This document shows, piece by piece, positions 49,759-60,060 of a stretch of DNA of 64,000 bases; position 1 is the stretch's first letter; each line of letters begins with the position of its first letter. Position numbers and translations under genes: made by a program. The DNA is from Chloroflexota bacterium (GTDB lineage Bacteria > Chloroflexota > UBA11872 > VXOZ01). The notes beneath the pieces are model-generated. The model saw only the letters and a list, made by a program, of their open reading frames with translations. It made no database searches and was not told where the DNA came from. The stretch lies in assembly GCA_963662335.2 (NCBI GenBank), contig CAXXVD010000005.1, positions 480,001 through 544,000 on the forward strand. The letters are read 5' to 3'.

Positions 49759-52700
49759 ATGGCATTAATGAATACCATCGATGCATCTGACATTGCCGAA
49801 TGGGCACGCAGCCGCGAAGCTCAGCACCAGTTGCCATGCCTGATCAGGCGCTTGGTCATGGAAACTTGCCCTGAAGTCAGCTTCATTGATATGCCGAGTG
49901 GTAGCTCAGTCGTGTTGCCTGGTTGGGATGGCCTGGTCACGGTCCAATCTGGAAACGCGTGGATCCCTCGCGGTCACTTGGCAATTGAAATGAGTTGTGG
50001 CCAGAATCCCGGCCGTATGGCAACGGAAAACTATGAGAAGCGCACAAATGACCCGCTAGGTATTGATGTTGCCAATACCACATTCATTTTCATCACTCCC
50101 CGGAAATGGCCAGGAAAGCGTCAATGGGTGTGCGAACGAAAGGAGGAAGGGAATTGGGCGGATGTTAGAGTTATCGATGCTGACGACTTGGTTGCGTGGA
50201 TCGAACAGGCCCCATCTGAAAGGGAGTGGTTTGCTGGCTTGATTGGCAAGGGTCTCATGGGGTTGGGCAGAAGCATCGTAGAAGATGTCAATCAGCACTC
50301 GAACAACCTCCAAAGCGAAGTCATGGCGGAAATTCGAGATTTCCGCGCCAGTGTGTTGGCCACAGCGGACTCCGAAGGTACGCAGACCGCTCTCGATCCT
50401 GCGCATGTGAAGTTGGAGGCCAAAATAGACTCGGCTCGAGACAGCATTAGGCGAGGGTACGTAAGTGCCGCCAAGAGCCAACTTCAGGAGCTTAGAAATA
50501 AGCATGGAACACTCCCGCCAGAACTCGACTTTCGCATTGTTGCCAATCTCGGTATCTGCGCGCTTGCAGTTGACGAAATTAACGGCGCGTGCACACTGTT
50601 CGAGGAAGCGCATAGTCTCCAGCCAGAAAACCCGAGAGCTATAGCCTATGCCGCCTTGGCTGCCCATCTCAAGGAAGACCGGAAGAAAGCGGTTAGATTG
50701 GCAATCAAGGCGCGAGAGTTAGACCCACAGAGTTCGCAAGCGACTGCAATTCTACTCTTGAAGTACTGGGAAACAGGGCGAGTCGAGGAGCTTGATGAAC
50801 TCATCGCTACTGAAGCGTGGCTAGCCAAAGATCCGCACTGCGGTGCGATTGTGGCAAGCATCCGAGCTGATCAGATGCGCTTCAATGAAGCAGCAACGAT
50901 ATGCCGTTCACTTACAAAAGCCAATCCAGATGACTTTGAATTGCAGTTGGCCTTGGCCGCTTGTCTGCTTAGTTGGGCCCAAGCAGACCGGCGTGCTTTC
51001 CAATACACACTTGACTCTGAATCAATCCTCAATGAGGCGAAGGCAGCAGCTACCCATGCCATCGAACAACTGCAGGAAACGGACTTGAAAGGGAAATTTC
51101 ACAACGCTCTTGCTATCCGCGCAGACGCCAAATCGCTACTTGGGGAATGGGCAGAGGCGATTCATGACTTTGACAGGGTACTCGCCGAAGACTCTAGACA
51201 CAATGAGGCAGCATTCAACAAGGGCCTGCTGCTTGCGCGAATGGGGAGAATGAAGGAAGCACTACCCTTGTTTGAGACAGTCTGGAATTCTGGTGAAATC
51301 CCACACGTGGACTTGCCGCTTGCAGATGCCTATCTTGCTTCCGGCGACCCGTCAGAGGCGGTCAAGCTCTTGAATGGAACCGTCACACTCAAGCGCCTCG
51401 AATGGATCGACATTCAGAGGGCAGAAATCCTGTCTCAGGCAGAGAAAGAAGCCGGGGTTAGAGACTCGGTAGAGGAAATCCTCAATGCGGCTCTACAGAG
51501 GTTTCCCAGCAATCCGAGGCTCCTCACGCTTGAGTCTACGCTCTGCGAAATCCATGGAGACGCCGAGGGTGCCGAGCAGTCACTTCTCAAGGCACTCAAA
51601 CACTCTGACGGTTCTGACCATAGGCAGATAGAGTTGCGATTAGCTAATCTCCACTATAGTCACCACCGTTTCGCAAGAGCTGCCAAGCTATTCGAAGGGA
51701 TCGTTAACGGCGTTGCCTCCCACCCGCTTGCAAGTACGCTTTTGCGTTGCCTGATAATTTCGAAGCAACTTCGCGAAGCACTCGATTGGGCGAGAGAAAT
51801 CAAGGATGAGTCAAGCGGGGTGTCAAAGTTGGCGTTAGCAGTCGAGGTTGAGGTTCTTCAAATTGCTGGAGACGTTCCCGCTGCCGTTTCGTGTTTACTG
51901 GAAATCTGCAAATTCGAGGACGCAACAGCGGAAGATCGGCTTCGACTTGCCGAGGCCCAATATCGATGCGGTGAGCGCGGTTCGGCTCATGAGACTGTGC
52001 ATGGCATCACTTCACTGGAACTCATCAACGACCCACAACTGCTCATGAAGTTGGCGCAACTGAAGTTCCTACTAGGTTCGACAGACTTTCTCAATGATGC
52101 CTACATGGCGCTTCGCCACGGGAGAGATGATCCTGCCGTTCACAAAGGATACGGTGGCCTGTTCACTGCCTGTGAAAGGAGTTGGACCGAACCGGAAGAA
52201 ATCGGACCCGGCTGTGCTGTTCTGCTGCGAAATGAGTCTGGTCAGCAATGGTGGAACATACTTGAAGAAGGGGAAGAACCTCACGGCCCGCATGACATAT
52301 CTTCAACTAGTAGGCTTGGCGCCATCCTTAGTGGTCAACGTGAAGGCAAGACTATTGTTCTGCGGCAAGACCTAGAGGAGTTGTCTTATAGAGTAGAAGA
52401 GGTACAAAGCAAGTTTGTCCGCGCATTTCAAGAGACATTCGAAGAGTTCTCGACCCGTTTTCCAGGTGACATGAGCCTTTCCCGCATTGAGATTAAGGAT
52501 GATGACTTTACGAAGTTTTACCAAATCGTAGAACATGCCGACCAGTCCGAGCGCAATGCACTTCGCGTTTACCAAGAAGGGAAGGTGCCATTTGTCACTT
52601 TCTTTCCCCTGCTTCGCAAACCGTTTCTTGATGTATGGGTTCGGCTTACTTATGAAGATTCTGGCTTGATTGCGGGAGACGGCACAAATGAAGAAGCAGA

Positions 52701-53646
52701 AAGAGCCGAGTCCTTAATGCGCGGAGCCCAAGACGTAGTCTTGGGTCTTGTCGCGCTGCTAACTGTACGAGCGCTGAGTATTTCCGAACATCTGCGAGAC
52801 CGTTTCTCGCGCATCTTTGTGCCCCAGTACGTACTCGATGCGATCTACGATGCTGTTTCTGAAGCTGAGTTTACAGGTCAGCCTGCCGGCTTTCTTGGGA
52901 AGAGTACAGAAGGCTACTATACATTTAATGAAGCCACTGAGAACTCTTGGAGTAAGCGGCAAGAATTCTTGATGTCACTCAGGGATCTTGCCGAGTCCTT
53001 TGAGCGAATCCCGTCCTATCGGGTACTTGAGATCAATGACCTTGACGAGATGAGGAGTGCCCTAACCCCAGTAGGCGTCGGTGCCGTGTTTGCTGGCTAC
53101 GAAGGCATGGAGAATGGCCCAGTTCTCATTTCTGATGACCTAGCACTATCGAAGGTCGCCCAATCCAGGAGTATCAGTGTCGTCAACTCGGAGGCCGTCT
53201 TGCGTGAATTGCATCGTACGGACGTGATCTCCGAGGAAGCCTATTCTTCGTATATTGAACAGCTAGTATTGATGAACTATAGGTTTGTTCGCGTCGGCCC
53301 TGGAGATATTCTCCGACGCCTTGAAGCCGGAGATTACCTGACAACGCCAGGAATTCGCAAGATGATTAGCACTCTAGACGGACCCGACTGTTCCTTAGAA
53401 TCCGCTGTTTCTGTTGCAACTACGGTAGTTTCCAAGCTCACCGGTAAGACCCACCCAAGCCAAGTCGGGTTGATTGTCATGGCATTTCTTGAAAGTCTAC
53501 AAAAGGGAAGAAATCCAGCCGTCGCTTTGTTGAAATTTAGGCATGAACTCGAATCCATGCTAGACCCGCGTTCCCCCAGGAGGCACGATGTCCTTGACAT
53601 TGTGGACATGCATATAGAGCTTCTTGATCAGCCGCCCTATAGCTGA
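49759..53646 (+). CDS. Large conflict protein: REase-like N-domain + TPR repeats + GreA/GreB-C-like domain + PIN-like domain
   Basis: N-term PGWDG..IEMS..YEKRT..FITPRKW..DADDLVAW; TPR-like helices; IGPGCAVLL..ISSTSRLGAILSGQREG..YRVEEV; C-term IFVP..VLISDDLAL; low GC; real start may be 49768. Confidence 0.7.
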   Translation: MALMNTIDASDIAEWARSREAQHQLPCLIRRLVMETCPEVSFIDMPSGSSVVLPGWDGLVTVQSGNAWIPRGHLAIEMSCGQNPGRMATENYEKRTNDPLGIDVANTTFIFITPRKWPGKRQWVCERKEEGNWADVRVIDADDLVAWIEQAPSEREWFAGLIGKGLMGLGRSIVEDVNQHSNNLQSEVMAEIRDFRASVLATADSEGTQTALDPAHVKLEAKIDSARDSIRRGYVSAAKSQLQELRNKHGTLPPELDFRIVANLGICALAVDEINGACTLFEEAHSLQPENPRAIAYAALAAHLKEDRKKAVRLAIKARELDPQSSQATAILLLKYWETGRVEELDELIATEAWLAKDPHCGAIVASIRADQMRFNEAATICRSLTKANPDDFELQLALAACLLSWAQADRRAFQYTLDSESILNEAKAAATHAIEQLQETDLKGKFHNALAIRADAKSLLGEWAEAIHDFDRVLAEDSRHNEAAFNKGLLLARMGRMKEALPLFETVWNSGEIPHVDLPLADAYLASGDPSEAVKLLNGTVTLKRLEWIDIQRAEILSQAEKEAGVRDSVEEILNAALQRFPSNPRLLTLESTLCEIHGDAEGAEQSLLKALKHSDGSDHRQIELRLANLHYSHHRFARAAKLFEGIVNGVASHPLASTLLRCLIISKQLREALDWAREIKDESSGVSKLALAVEVEVLQIAGDVPAAVSCLLEICKFEDATAEDRLRLAEAQYRCGERGSAHETVHGITSLELINDPQLLMKLAQLKFLLGSTDFLNDAYMALRHGRDDPAVHKGYGGLFTACERSWTEPEEIGPGCAVLLRNESGQQWWNILEEGEEPHGPHDISSTSRLGAILSGQREGKTIVLRQDLEELSYRVEEVQSKFVRAFQETFEEFSTRFPGDMSLSRIEIKDDDFTKFYQIVEHADQSERNALRVYQEGKVPFVTFFPLLRKPFLDVWVRLTYEDSGLIAGDGTNEEAERAESLMRGAQDVVLGLVALLTVRALSISEHLRDRFSRIFVPQYVLDAIYDAVSEAEFTGQPAGFLGKSTEGYYTFNEATENSWSKRQEFLMSLRDLAESFERIPSYRVLEINDLDEMRSALTPVGVGAVFAGYEGMENGPVLISDDLALSKVAQSRSISVVNSEAVLRELHRTDVISEEAYSSYIEQLVLMNYRFVRVGPGDILRRLEAGDYLTTPGIRKMISTLDGPDCSLESAVSVATTVVSKLTGKTHPSQVGLIVMAFLESLQKGRNPAVALLKFRHELESMLDPRSPRRHDVLDIVDMHIELLDQPPYS

Positions 53647-53704
53647 TGGGCCAAAGCTGCGTGAACATGAAATAGGTGACAAGCTAGGCACAATTGCAGC
53701 GAGT

Positions 53705-56605
53705 CTACACCACAAACTTCGCGCCTTTGGGTCTTGGTTTGGCGCCGTGGACGGACGGTTCGGCGCACCATTTGGCTGCAAGGCGGCGGACGGCTGCGTA
53801 GGTTTGTTCGTCGAATCCCAAGAGGTCGCAAGTGACGCGGCGGTCGAGGAGGGCGCGGTTCGGGTCGGCATCGGCAAGGTAGGCCGGCTTTAGTTCTCTA
53901 TCGCGGAATTCATCGAAGATTAGCTCAGCCATGATAAGTTGATCGTCGCTGAGAGCGCGGAAATCGAGCATAGGGAGGGAGTCAATCGCGCGAACTGTCG
54001 TCCGCCCGCGACCGCTCTGTTGACGATTGGCATGCCACCAGTGCGCGAGCAAACCGAGTGTAGAGTTGCCCCACACAGCCAGTCCGTAATCGAAGCGGGG
54101 ATCTGAGAAGAGTACGTTAGGCCACGCCGTGCCGCCTATGCTCTTTTCATCAGTAAACGCTACCCCTAATGGTTGCGAATTATAGCGAAAGTCAAGGTTT
54201 AAGTGAGCACGACTGGCAGTTGACCATGCGGATGCGGCTCTCTCTTCCATTCCTTGTCGCACAAGCAATTGCAAGTCCGGCAAGCAGGTAATGCGAGTCT
54301 CATTCTTTGCATTATGACTCCAAATTGAAGGATAGGTGGCGGTTGGGCTGGGCGGCCCTTTCGTAAACGGCCCTGATGAGCCAGCGATGTTAATGTGATG
54401 CCACCCACGCCTCCCTACATCACTGAGGGCCGCAATCTTCAACTCTGCCGAATCGACTTGCCCTGGCAACCATAGCCTACACTGTGACAGAGCGTAGGCA
54501 GTTTGTGCCACGGAGCAATCCAATAAGCGAACCGCGCCCCAATTGTAATCACTGCAAGGCGCCGACATAGATTCTCCGATTAGCTCCTCTCCAACCGTCA
54601 GAGGCGCACCGCCATACGGCCCGTCTTCAATGCGTCTCACCTGCTTGGTGGAGATCGTCTCCCTTGCAACCGAGTTTGCATTAGCAAACCCCTGAGGCCT
54701 GCGCCTCAGCGACGAAAAGAGTGCACGGTCATTAGGTGATTCATCCGGCCTATTCCTGCGGGCAATTACCAGACACTCTGCCATTCCCGTGTCCGCTGAA
54801 AAGGAGAGACTGTCGTTGTCCGCAGCGGTTATGGTGAGTACACTTAACTCTGCATAGTTGCCAGCGATCAACTCCCGAAAGTCCTGCCAGGACTGCCCGG
54901 ATGCAGCTGTCAAGGGAAGCACCAAGGCCAAGACGCCGCCCGGCTTAATCTTCCTGTGGGCCAGTGCCGCAAATGCGGAAGCGATGCCAGCGTAGCCGTG
55001 GTAGCAGGTGCCCTTCGTAGACTTCTTCAGGCTCGCCGCCATTTCCTTTTGGGTTACCAGTTCCGTGCTCAGCCCCCTGAACTGCTTCACATAGTCCTCG
55101 GCCCTCTCACTGCCTTCCCAATCCGAGCCGGGCCGCGTAAACGGCGGGTTCATTATCACCACGTCAAAGCTCTCATCGGGCATATCCACCGTTACTTGCG
55201 CGGCGGTTTCCTCGCCCACGCTGCCGGTGCGCAGGGCCGGGTCGCTGGTATTGAAGAGGGTTTGCACGTCCGAGCGTTGCAGGAGTTCCAGCGAGCCGAT
55301 TTTCACCGTGCCGTCGGGTTGGCGGCCGTAGGGCATGGTATAGAGGCGCGAATTGCCGAAGCGCGCCGCGGGTTCCACGCCGGATAACGTAGAACCGGTG
55401 ATGTGGATGGCCGAGGGCATCACGTCGCAGCCGTAGAGGACGTCCTCCATCATGGCCTGGTGCAGGGCGGCCGGATCGCCGCCGCTGCGTTCGTGGCGGG
55501 CGGCAATCTGCTCGTAGACCGCCGAGAGCAGCGCGCCGGTGCCGCAGGCAAAGTCGGCCACCCGCAGCCTGCCAATGGCGTCCGCATCCGCCCAATCCAC
55601 GCCCGCCAGCTTGGCCACCGCCAACCGCGCCAGCAGCGCCGCAGACGCCGGCAGCGTGTAGAACGTGGCCAGATACTTGCGGTCGGCTATCAGGCGCTGG
55701 AAGATGCGGCCGGTGAGGTCGTGCGAATTGGCCACGCCCATGGCGCTGATGGATTGCGCCGTGCCCCGCAAGCGCCGCAGGATCTGGGCCGCCTCCGCCG
55801 CGGGCAGTTGCTCCAGGATGTCTTTCGCCACCCCGAAGATGGCCCAGTAGTTTATCTCCAAAATCTCCTGCCAGGCGGTGAGCACCTGGGCCTGGGGATT
55901 GGCAACGGTGTCGCCGCAGACGACGTTGAGCGACTTGACGCCGGTGTGCATGCCGTAGATGCGCTCGTGGAAGACCAGGGCGTTGGCAATAATGGCGCAG
56001 GCCATGCGGCGGGTCTGGGGCACGTTGCTCATGCCGAGCAAACGGGCGATCGTCATGGTGACGGCCTGGCGGTTGGTGTCCATCTCGTTCAAGATTTCGG
56101 CGGCGTTGTCAATGCCATCCTGCAAGATGTCGGTGGCGTCATCCACGGCCCGCTGCGGCACGGATACCAACCGCGCGAGGTCGGCCAGGTCCGCGGGCGC
56201 GCCCTCCAACCACCCGGCTTCGGGAAAGCGCTTGACACCCTTCTTTTCCTCCGTGAACACACAATAGGAAAGACGGGCGTCCGCGAGCGCGCCGGCAAGG
56301 TCGGCGGCGTCGCCTATCTCGTGCGGATAGCGCAGGGCGATGGCGGCCTCGATGCGGCGCCCGCTGGCGGCAACCTCCAACCCCAACCGCGCTTTGGCTT
56401 CGGCCTCCACACTTACGGCCGGCAAATACTCGGCCTCGATCACCACCGGCGCGCGCCCGGCCGCGGTGATGAGTATGTCCGGCCGCAACCCCGGCTGCCC
56501 GGCAATGGCACGGGTGTTCTCGGACCGCACGTCAGTCCGCGCCATCATGCCCGTGAGCACGGTTCCTAAGGCGTTGTTGACACTGGGTTCGGTCTGGCGA
56601 GGCAT
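53705..56605 (-). CDS. Type IIG-like fused restriction-modification enzyme (N6-adenine MTase)
   Basis: N-term RPDIL..VVIEAE nuclease-like motif, ATFYT, DFACGTG motif I, MNPPF motif IV, lower-GC TRD-like C-region; start trimmed to MPRQTEP. Confidence 0.8.
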   Translation of the reverse strand: MPRQTEPSVNNALGTVLTGMMARTDVRSENTRAIAGQPGLRPDILITAAGRAPVVIEAEYLPAVSVEAEAKARLGLEVAASGRRIEAAIALRYPHEIGDAADLAGALADARLSYCVFTEEKKGVKRFPEAGWLEGAPADLADLARLVSVPQRAVDDATDILQDGIDNAAEILNEMDTNRQAVTMTIARLLGMSNVPQTRRMACAIIANALVFHERIYGMHTGVKSLNVVCGDTVANPQAQVLTAWQEILEINYWAIFGVAKDILEQLPAAEAAQILRRLRGTAQSISAMGVANSHDLTGRIFQRLIADRKYLATFYTLPASAALLARLAVAKLAGVDWADADAIGRLRVADFACGTGALLSAVYEQIAARHERSGGDPAALHQAMMEDVLYGCDVMPSAIHITGSTLSGVEPAARFGNSRLYTMPYGRQPDGTVKIGSLELLQRSDVQTLFNTSDPALRTGSVGEETAAQVTVDMPDESFDVVIMNPPFTRPGSDWEGSERAEDYVKQFRGLSTELVTQKEMAASLKKSTKGTCYHGYAGIASAFAALAHRKIKPGGVLALVLPLTAASGQSWQDFRELIAGNYAELSVLTITAADNDSLSFSADTGMAECLVIARRNRPDESPNDRALFSSLRRRPQGFANANSVARETISTKQVRRIEDGPYGGAPLTVGEELIGESMSAPCSDYNWGAVRLLDCSVAQTAYALSQCRLWLPGQVDSAELKIAALSDVGRRGWHHINIAGSSGPFTKGPPSPTATYPSIWSHNAKNETRITCLPDLQLLVRQGMEERAASAWSTASRAHLNLDFRYNSQPLGVAFTDEKSIGGTAWPNVLFSDPRFDYGLAVWGNSTLGLLAHWWHANRQQSGRGRTTVRAIDSLPMLDFRALSDDQLIMAELIFDEFRDRELKPAYLADADPNRALLDRRVTCDLLGFDEQTYAAVRRLAAKWCAEPSVHGAKPRPKGAKFVV

Positions 56606-56643
56606 GTGCGAGCCTTTCGTGCACCGGCGTGCGCGCTGCCGCG

Positions 56644-56676
56644 GCCAAGAGGCGGGGGACAAGCCCCCGCGCTACG
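56644..56676 (-). repeat. Family D GTAG-type REP
   Basis: Exact reverse complement of 21192-21224. Confidence 0.82.
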
Positions 56677-56895
56677 ACTATTGCATTTCCGTGTCAAAGC
56701 GGCGCGGGATATGCGCCAGCGCTACGTCTATTGTAAAGGGAAACGGCATTGCGCAGCGCGTCAGGACGCCCAAGTTGCCAATGGCGGAACTATCGCCTAG
56801 TCTACATCTCGACGGGCACGGCGGCGCGCGTGCAAGAGCCGGGCCTGGCATGGGGCCGGATGGCCGGTTCAGCCAAATCCCATACGCAACAATCG

Positions 56896-59430
56896 ATGAA
56901 TGAAGCTACAGCGCGGCTCAAGATCAACAAGCTGCTGGAGCAGGCGGGATGGCGCTTCTTCCCGCAAGAGGATAGGCCGGCGAACGTCCGGCTGGAGCCT
57001 CACGTGGCGCTCGCGCAGAACGACCTTGATTCTCTTGGCGATGACTTCGAGCAGACGGCCAAGGGATTCGTGGACTTTCTCTTGCTGGATGCCAAGGGGC
57101 GCCCGCTAGTTGTGCTGGAGGCCAAGTCCGAAGAGAAAGAGCCGCTATCGGCAAAGGAGCAGGCGCGCCGGTACGCCCGTTCCCTGGATTGCCGGTTTGT
57201 CATCCTCTCCAACGGCAACCTGCACTACCTCTGGGACCTGGAGCGGGGCAATCCGCACGTCATCACCACTTTTCCCACGCCGGACTCGGTCGCGCGCTAC
57301 ACCAGGCTTACACCAAATCCGCAGCGCCTCAGCGACGAACGTGTCCACGTCGATTACATCGTCCTCAGCCAGCGGCCGAATTACGCATCCGAAGCGGCGT
57401 GGTTGAATTCGGCGGAACGGCCCGGCTTCATCAAGGCGCACAACCTGCGCTTTCTGCGGTCGTACCAGCTTAGTGCCATTCACGCCTTGCAGCGCTCCGT
57501 GAGGGATGGCAACGACCGCTTCTTGTTCGAGATGGCCACCGGCACCGGCAAGACCCTCACCGCCGCGGCCGTCATCAAGCTCTTCCTGCGCTCCGGCAAC
57601 GCCTCGCGCGTGTTGTTTCTCGTAGACCGCCTGGAACTGGAGGAGCAAGCCAGGAAGGTCTTCACCGGCCTCCTCTCGGCAGACTACACGACCGTCGTCT
57701 ACAAAGAGCGGCGCGACGATTGGCGCGCGGCGGAAATCGTCGTCACCACCGTGCAGTCGCTCTTGTTCAACAGCAAGTACCAGACGCTCTTCTCGCCAAC
57801 CGACTTCGACCTGGTCATCTCCGACGAGGCGCACCGTTCCATCAGCGGCAATGCCCGCGCCGTTTTCGACTACTTCGTCGGCTACAAGCTCGGCCTGACC
57901 GCCACGCCGCGCGACTACCTGAAAGGAGTCACGAGCAAAGGCCCGATCGTCCACGACCCGCGCGAGGTGGAACGCCGCCTGCTGGAGGACACCTACCGCA
58001 CGTTCGGCTGCGCGAGCGGCCAGCCCACGTTCCGCTACTCGCTGCTGGACGGCGTGCGCGGCGGCTATCTTATCAACCCCACCGTGGTGGACGCGCGCAC
58101 CGACGTGACGACTCAGTTGCTGGCGGAGCAAGGCCTCATCGTTTCCGTCACCGACGACACCGGGGAAGAGCGCGAGGAATCCTACAAGCAGCGGGAGTTT
58201 GAAAAGCGCTTCTTTTCCGAAGCCACGAACCAGGTTTTTTGTAAGACCTTTCTGGATAATGCGCTGCGGGATCCGGTGAGCGGTGAGATTGGCAAGTCAA
58301 TCGTCTTCGCCGTCAGCCAGAGTCACGCCGCGCGCCTGACCCAGACCCTCAACGAGATGGCGGACCGCATGTTCCCGGGCCGGTATCAGTCCGACTTTGC
58401 CGTGCAAGTTACGTCGCACGTGGCGGACGCCCAGCGATTCGCCGTCAATTTTGCCAACAATAACCTGATGGGCACGAGCGCCATCCTGCCCGGCTATCGC
58501 ACCAGCAAGGCGCGGGTGTGCGTTACCGTCGGCATGATGACCACCGGCTACGACTGCACCGACATCCTCAACCTCGGCCTCTTCCGGCCCATCTTCTCGC
58601 CCACCGACTTCGTGCAGATCAAGGGCCGCGGCACGCGCCGGCATGACTTCCGTGAGGAACTGCACGACCCGAGCATGGCGGAGCGCGTGGCCGAAGCGGA
58701 AAAGACCACGTTCAAGCTCTTCGACTTCTTTGGCAACTGCGAGTACTTCGAGACTGAATTCAACTATGACGAAGTCCTGACGCTGCCCAGGCCGCAGCCC
58801 ACACCAAGCGAATCAGCCGGCGGAGCGGGTCAGCCGGCGCAATTCGAAGGCGCGTATCAGCACCTCGGCACGGACATCATTGCTTCCATAAGGGAAGAGC
58901 CGATCGGCGCGGAAGGCATGAAGATCGACCGCATGCTATTCGATCGCTTTGCCGACACCGTGCGTGAGGATGAAACCGTCAAAGATGCGGTCGAGGCCGA
59001 CCAGTGGGACCGCGCCTTCGACCACGTGCATCGCGAAATCTTCGATAAGCCGGAGGACTTCTATAACCTGGAAAAGCTGCGGCGCGCCCTGGATGTGGAC
59101 CGGCGCGTGACCCTCCGCGAAATGCTGGAATTGATCTTCGATCTCATCCCGCGCCTCAAGTCAAAGGACGAATTGCTGGAAGAGGAGTTCGCCAAGTTCG
59201 TCGCTGACCGCGAACCGGCGGCCCGCTCGCTGCCGGCAGTCAAAGCGTTCTTCAAGGCGTACGTCACCAGCGATTTCACGCGCCTTGTAGTCGATGCCGG
59301 CGAATTCACCAAGTTGGCTACCAATCCCGCCTTCTCCATGCAGGACTACCGTTCGGTGCCGCCGCGGTACCGCGCGCTCGTTCCCGAATACGTCAAAGAC
59401 TATGTCTCGCTAAACCGCTTTGCTACGTAG
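56896..59430 (+). CDS. hsdR: Type I restriction enzyme R subunit (EcoAI/EcoEI-like)
   Basis: VDFLL..VLEAK nuclease motif, MATGTGKT, FLVDR, DEAHRS, LTATP, MMTTGYD, QIKGRGTR; start trimmed to MNEATAR. Confidence 0.9.
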   Translation: MNEATARLKINKLLEQAGWRFFPQEDRPANVRLEPHVALAQNDLDSLGDDFEQTAKGFVDFLLLDAKGRPLVVLEAKSEEKEPLSAKEQARRYARSLDCRFVILSNGNLHYLWDLERGNPHVITTFPTPDSVARYTRLTPNPQRLSDERVHVDYIVLSQRPNYASEAAWLNSAERPGFIKAHNLRFLRSYQLSAIHALQRSVRDGNDRFLFEMATGTGKTLTAAAVIKLFLRSGNASRVLFLVDRLELEEQARKVFTGLLSADYTTVVYKERRDDWRAAEIVVTTVQSLLFNSKYQTLFSPTDFDLVISDEAHRSISGNARAVFDYFVGYKLGLTATPRDYLKGVTSKGPIVHDPREVERRLLEDTYRTFGCASGQPTFRYSLLDGVRGGYLINPTVVDARTDVTTQLLAEQGLIVSVTDDTGEEREESYKQREFEKRFFSEATNQVFCKTFLDNALRDPVSGEIGKSIVFAVSQSHAARLTQTLNEMADRMFPGRYQSDFAVQVTSHVADAQRFAVNFANNNLMGTSAILPGYRTSKARVCVTVGMMTTGYDCTDILNLGLFRPIFSPTDFVQIKGRGTRRHDFREELHDPSMAERVAEAEKTTFKLFDFFGNCEYFETEFNYDEVLTLPRPQPTPSESAGGAGQPAQFEGAYQHLGTDIIASIREEPIGAEGMKIDRMLFDRFADTVREDETVKDAVEADQWDRAFDHVHREIFDKPEDFYNLEKLRRALDVDRRVTLREMLELIFDLIPRLKSKDELLEEEFAKFVADREPAARSLPAVKAFFKAYVTSDFTRLVVDAGEFTKLATNPAFSMQDYRSVPPRYRALVPEYVKDYVSLNRFAT

Positions 59431-59435
59431 ATCAA

Positions 59436-60060
59436 TTGAACATGGATGCGCAGGATGGGCAGGATGTAAGATGTTGTATGAAGCCGATCCCGGCAAACTT
59501 CAGATTGCTCCATCAATCCAGTATGTCCGGTGCGCCCTATGAAGAACCCATCATGAACGCAAATCTCCTGCACGCGGAACTGACTCACGCCGTGATTGGC
59601 TGCGCCTTTGCCGTGATCAATGAACTTGGCAGTGGTTTTCTGGAATCGGTCTATGAAAAGTCGATGCTGATCGCGCTTGCCGACGCCGGCATCGGCGCTG
59701 CCGCCCAGCAGCCGATTGTCGTGAACTTTCGGGGCAAACCCGTGGGAACCTTCTACGCCGACCTCCTCGTGGAAGGAAAGGTACTCGTCGAACTCAAGGC
59801 GGTGAAGGCCCTCGCTCCCGAACACCAAGCCCAGGTCATCAACTACCTCAAAGCAACCGGCATCGAAGTAGGGCTCCTCATCAACTTCGGCAATCCCAAA
59901 CTCGAATTCAAACGCCTCACCCGCAGCCCGGACAAGCGAGAAAAATAGACCCGCCAACCACCAACCGGCCAGTCATGCTAGACAGGAATAGTGGCAAAGA
60001 GTATGACCCAAGTCACCCACACTCTTCACCATCCTATCCATCCTGCCAATCCATGTTGAA
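59436..60060. mobile_element. Putative mobile cassette: GxxExxY gene bounded by 30-bp imperfect inverted repeats
   Basis: 59436-59465 TTGAACATGGATGCGCAGGATGGGCAGGAT vs reverse complement of 60031-60060 TTCAACATGGATTGGCAGGATGGATAGGAT (25/30 identical). Confidence 0.55.
59553..59948 (+). CDS. GxxExxY protein (PD-(D/E)xK nuclease family)
   Basis: LGSGFLESVYE, YADLLVEGKVLVELKA, AQVINYLKATG..VGLLINFG. Confidence 0.92.
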   Translation: MNANLLHAELTHAVIGCAFAVINELGSGFLESVYEKSMLIALADAGIGAAAQQPIVVNFRGKPVGTFYADLLVEGKVLVELKAVKALAPEHQAQVINYLKATGIEVGLLINFGNPKLEFKRLTRSPDKREK

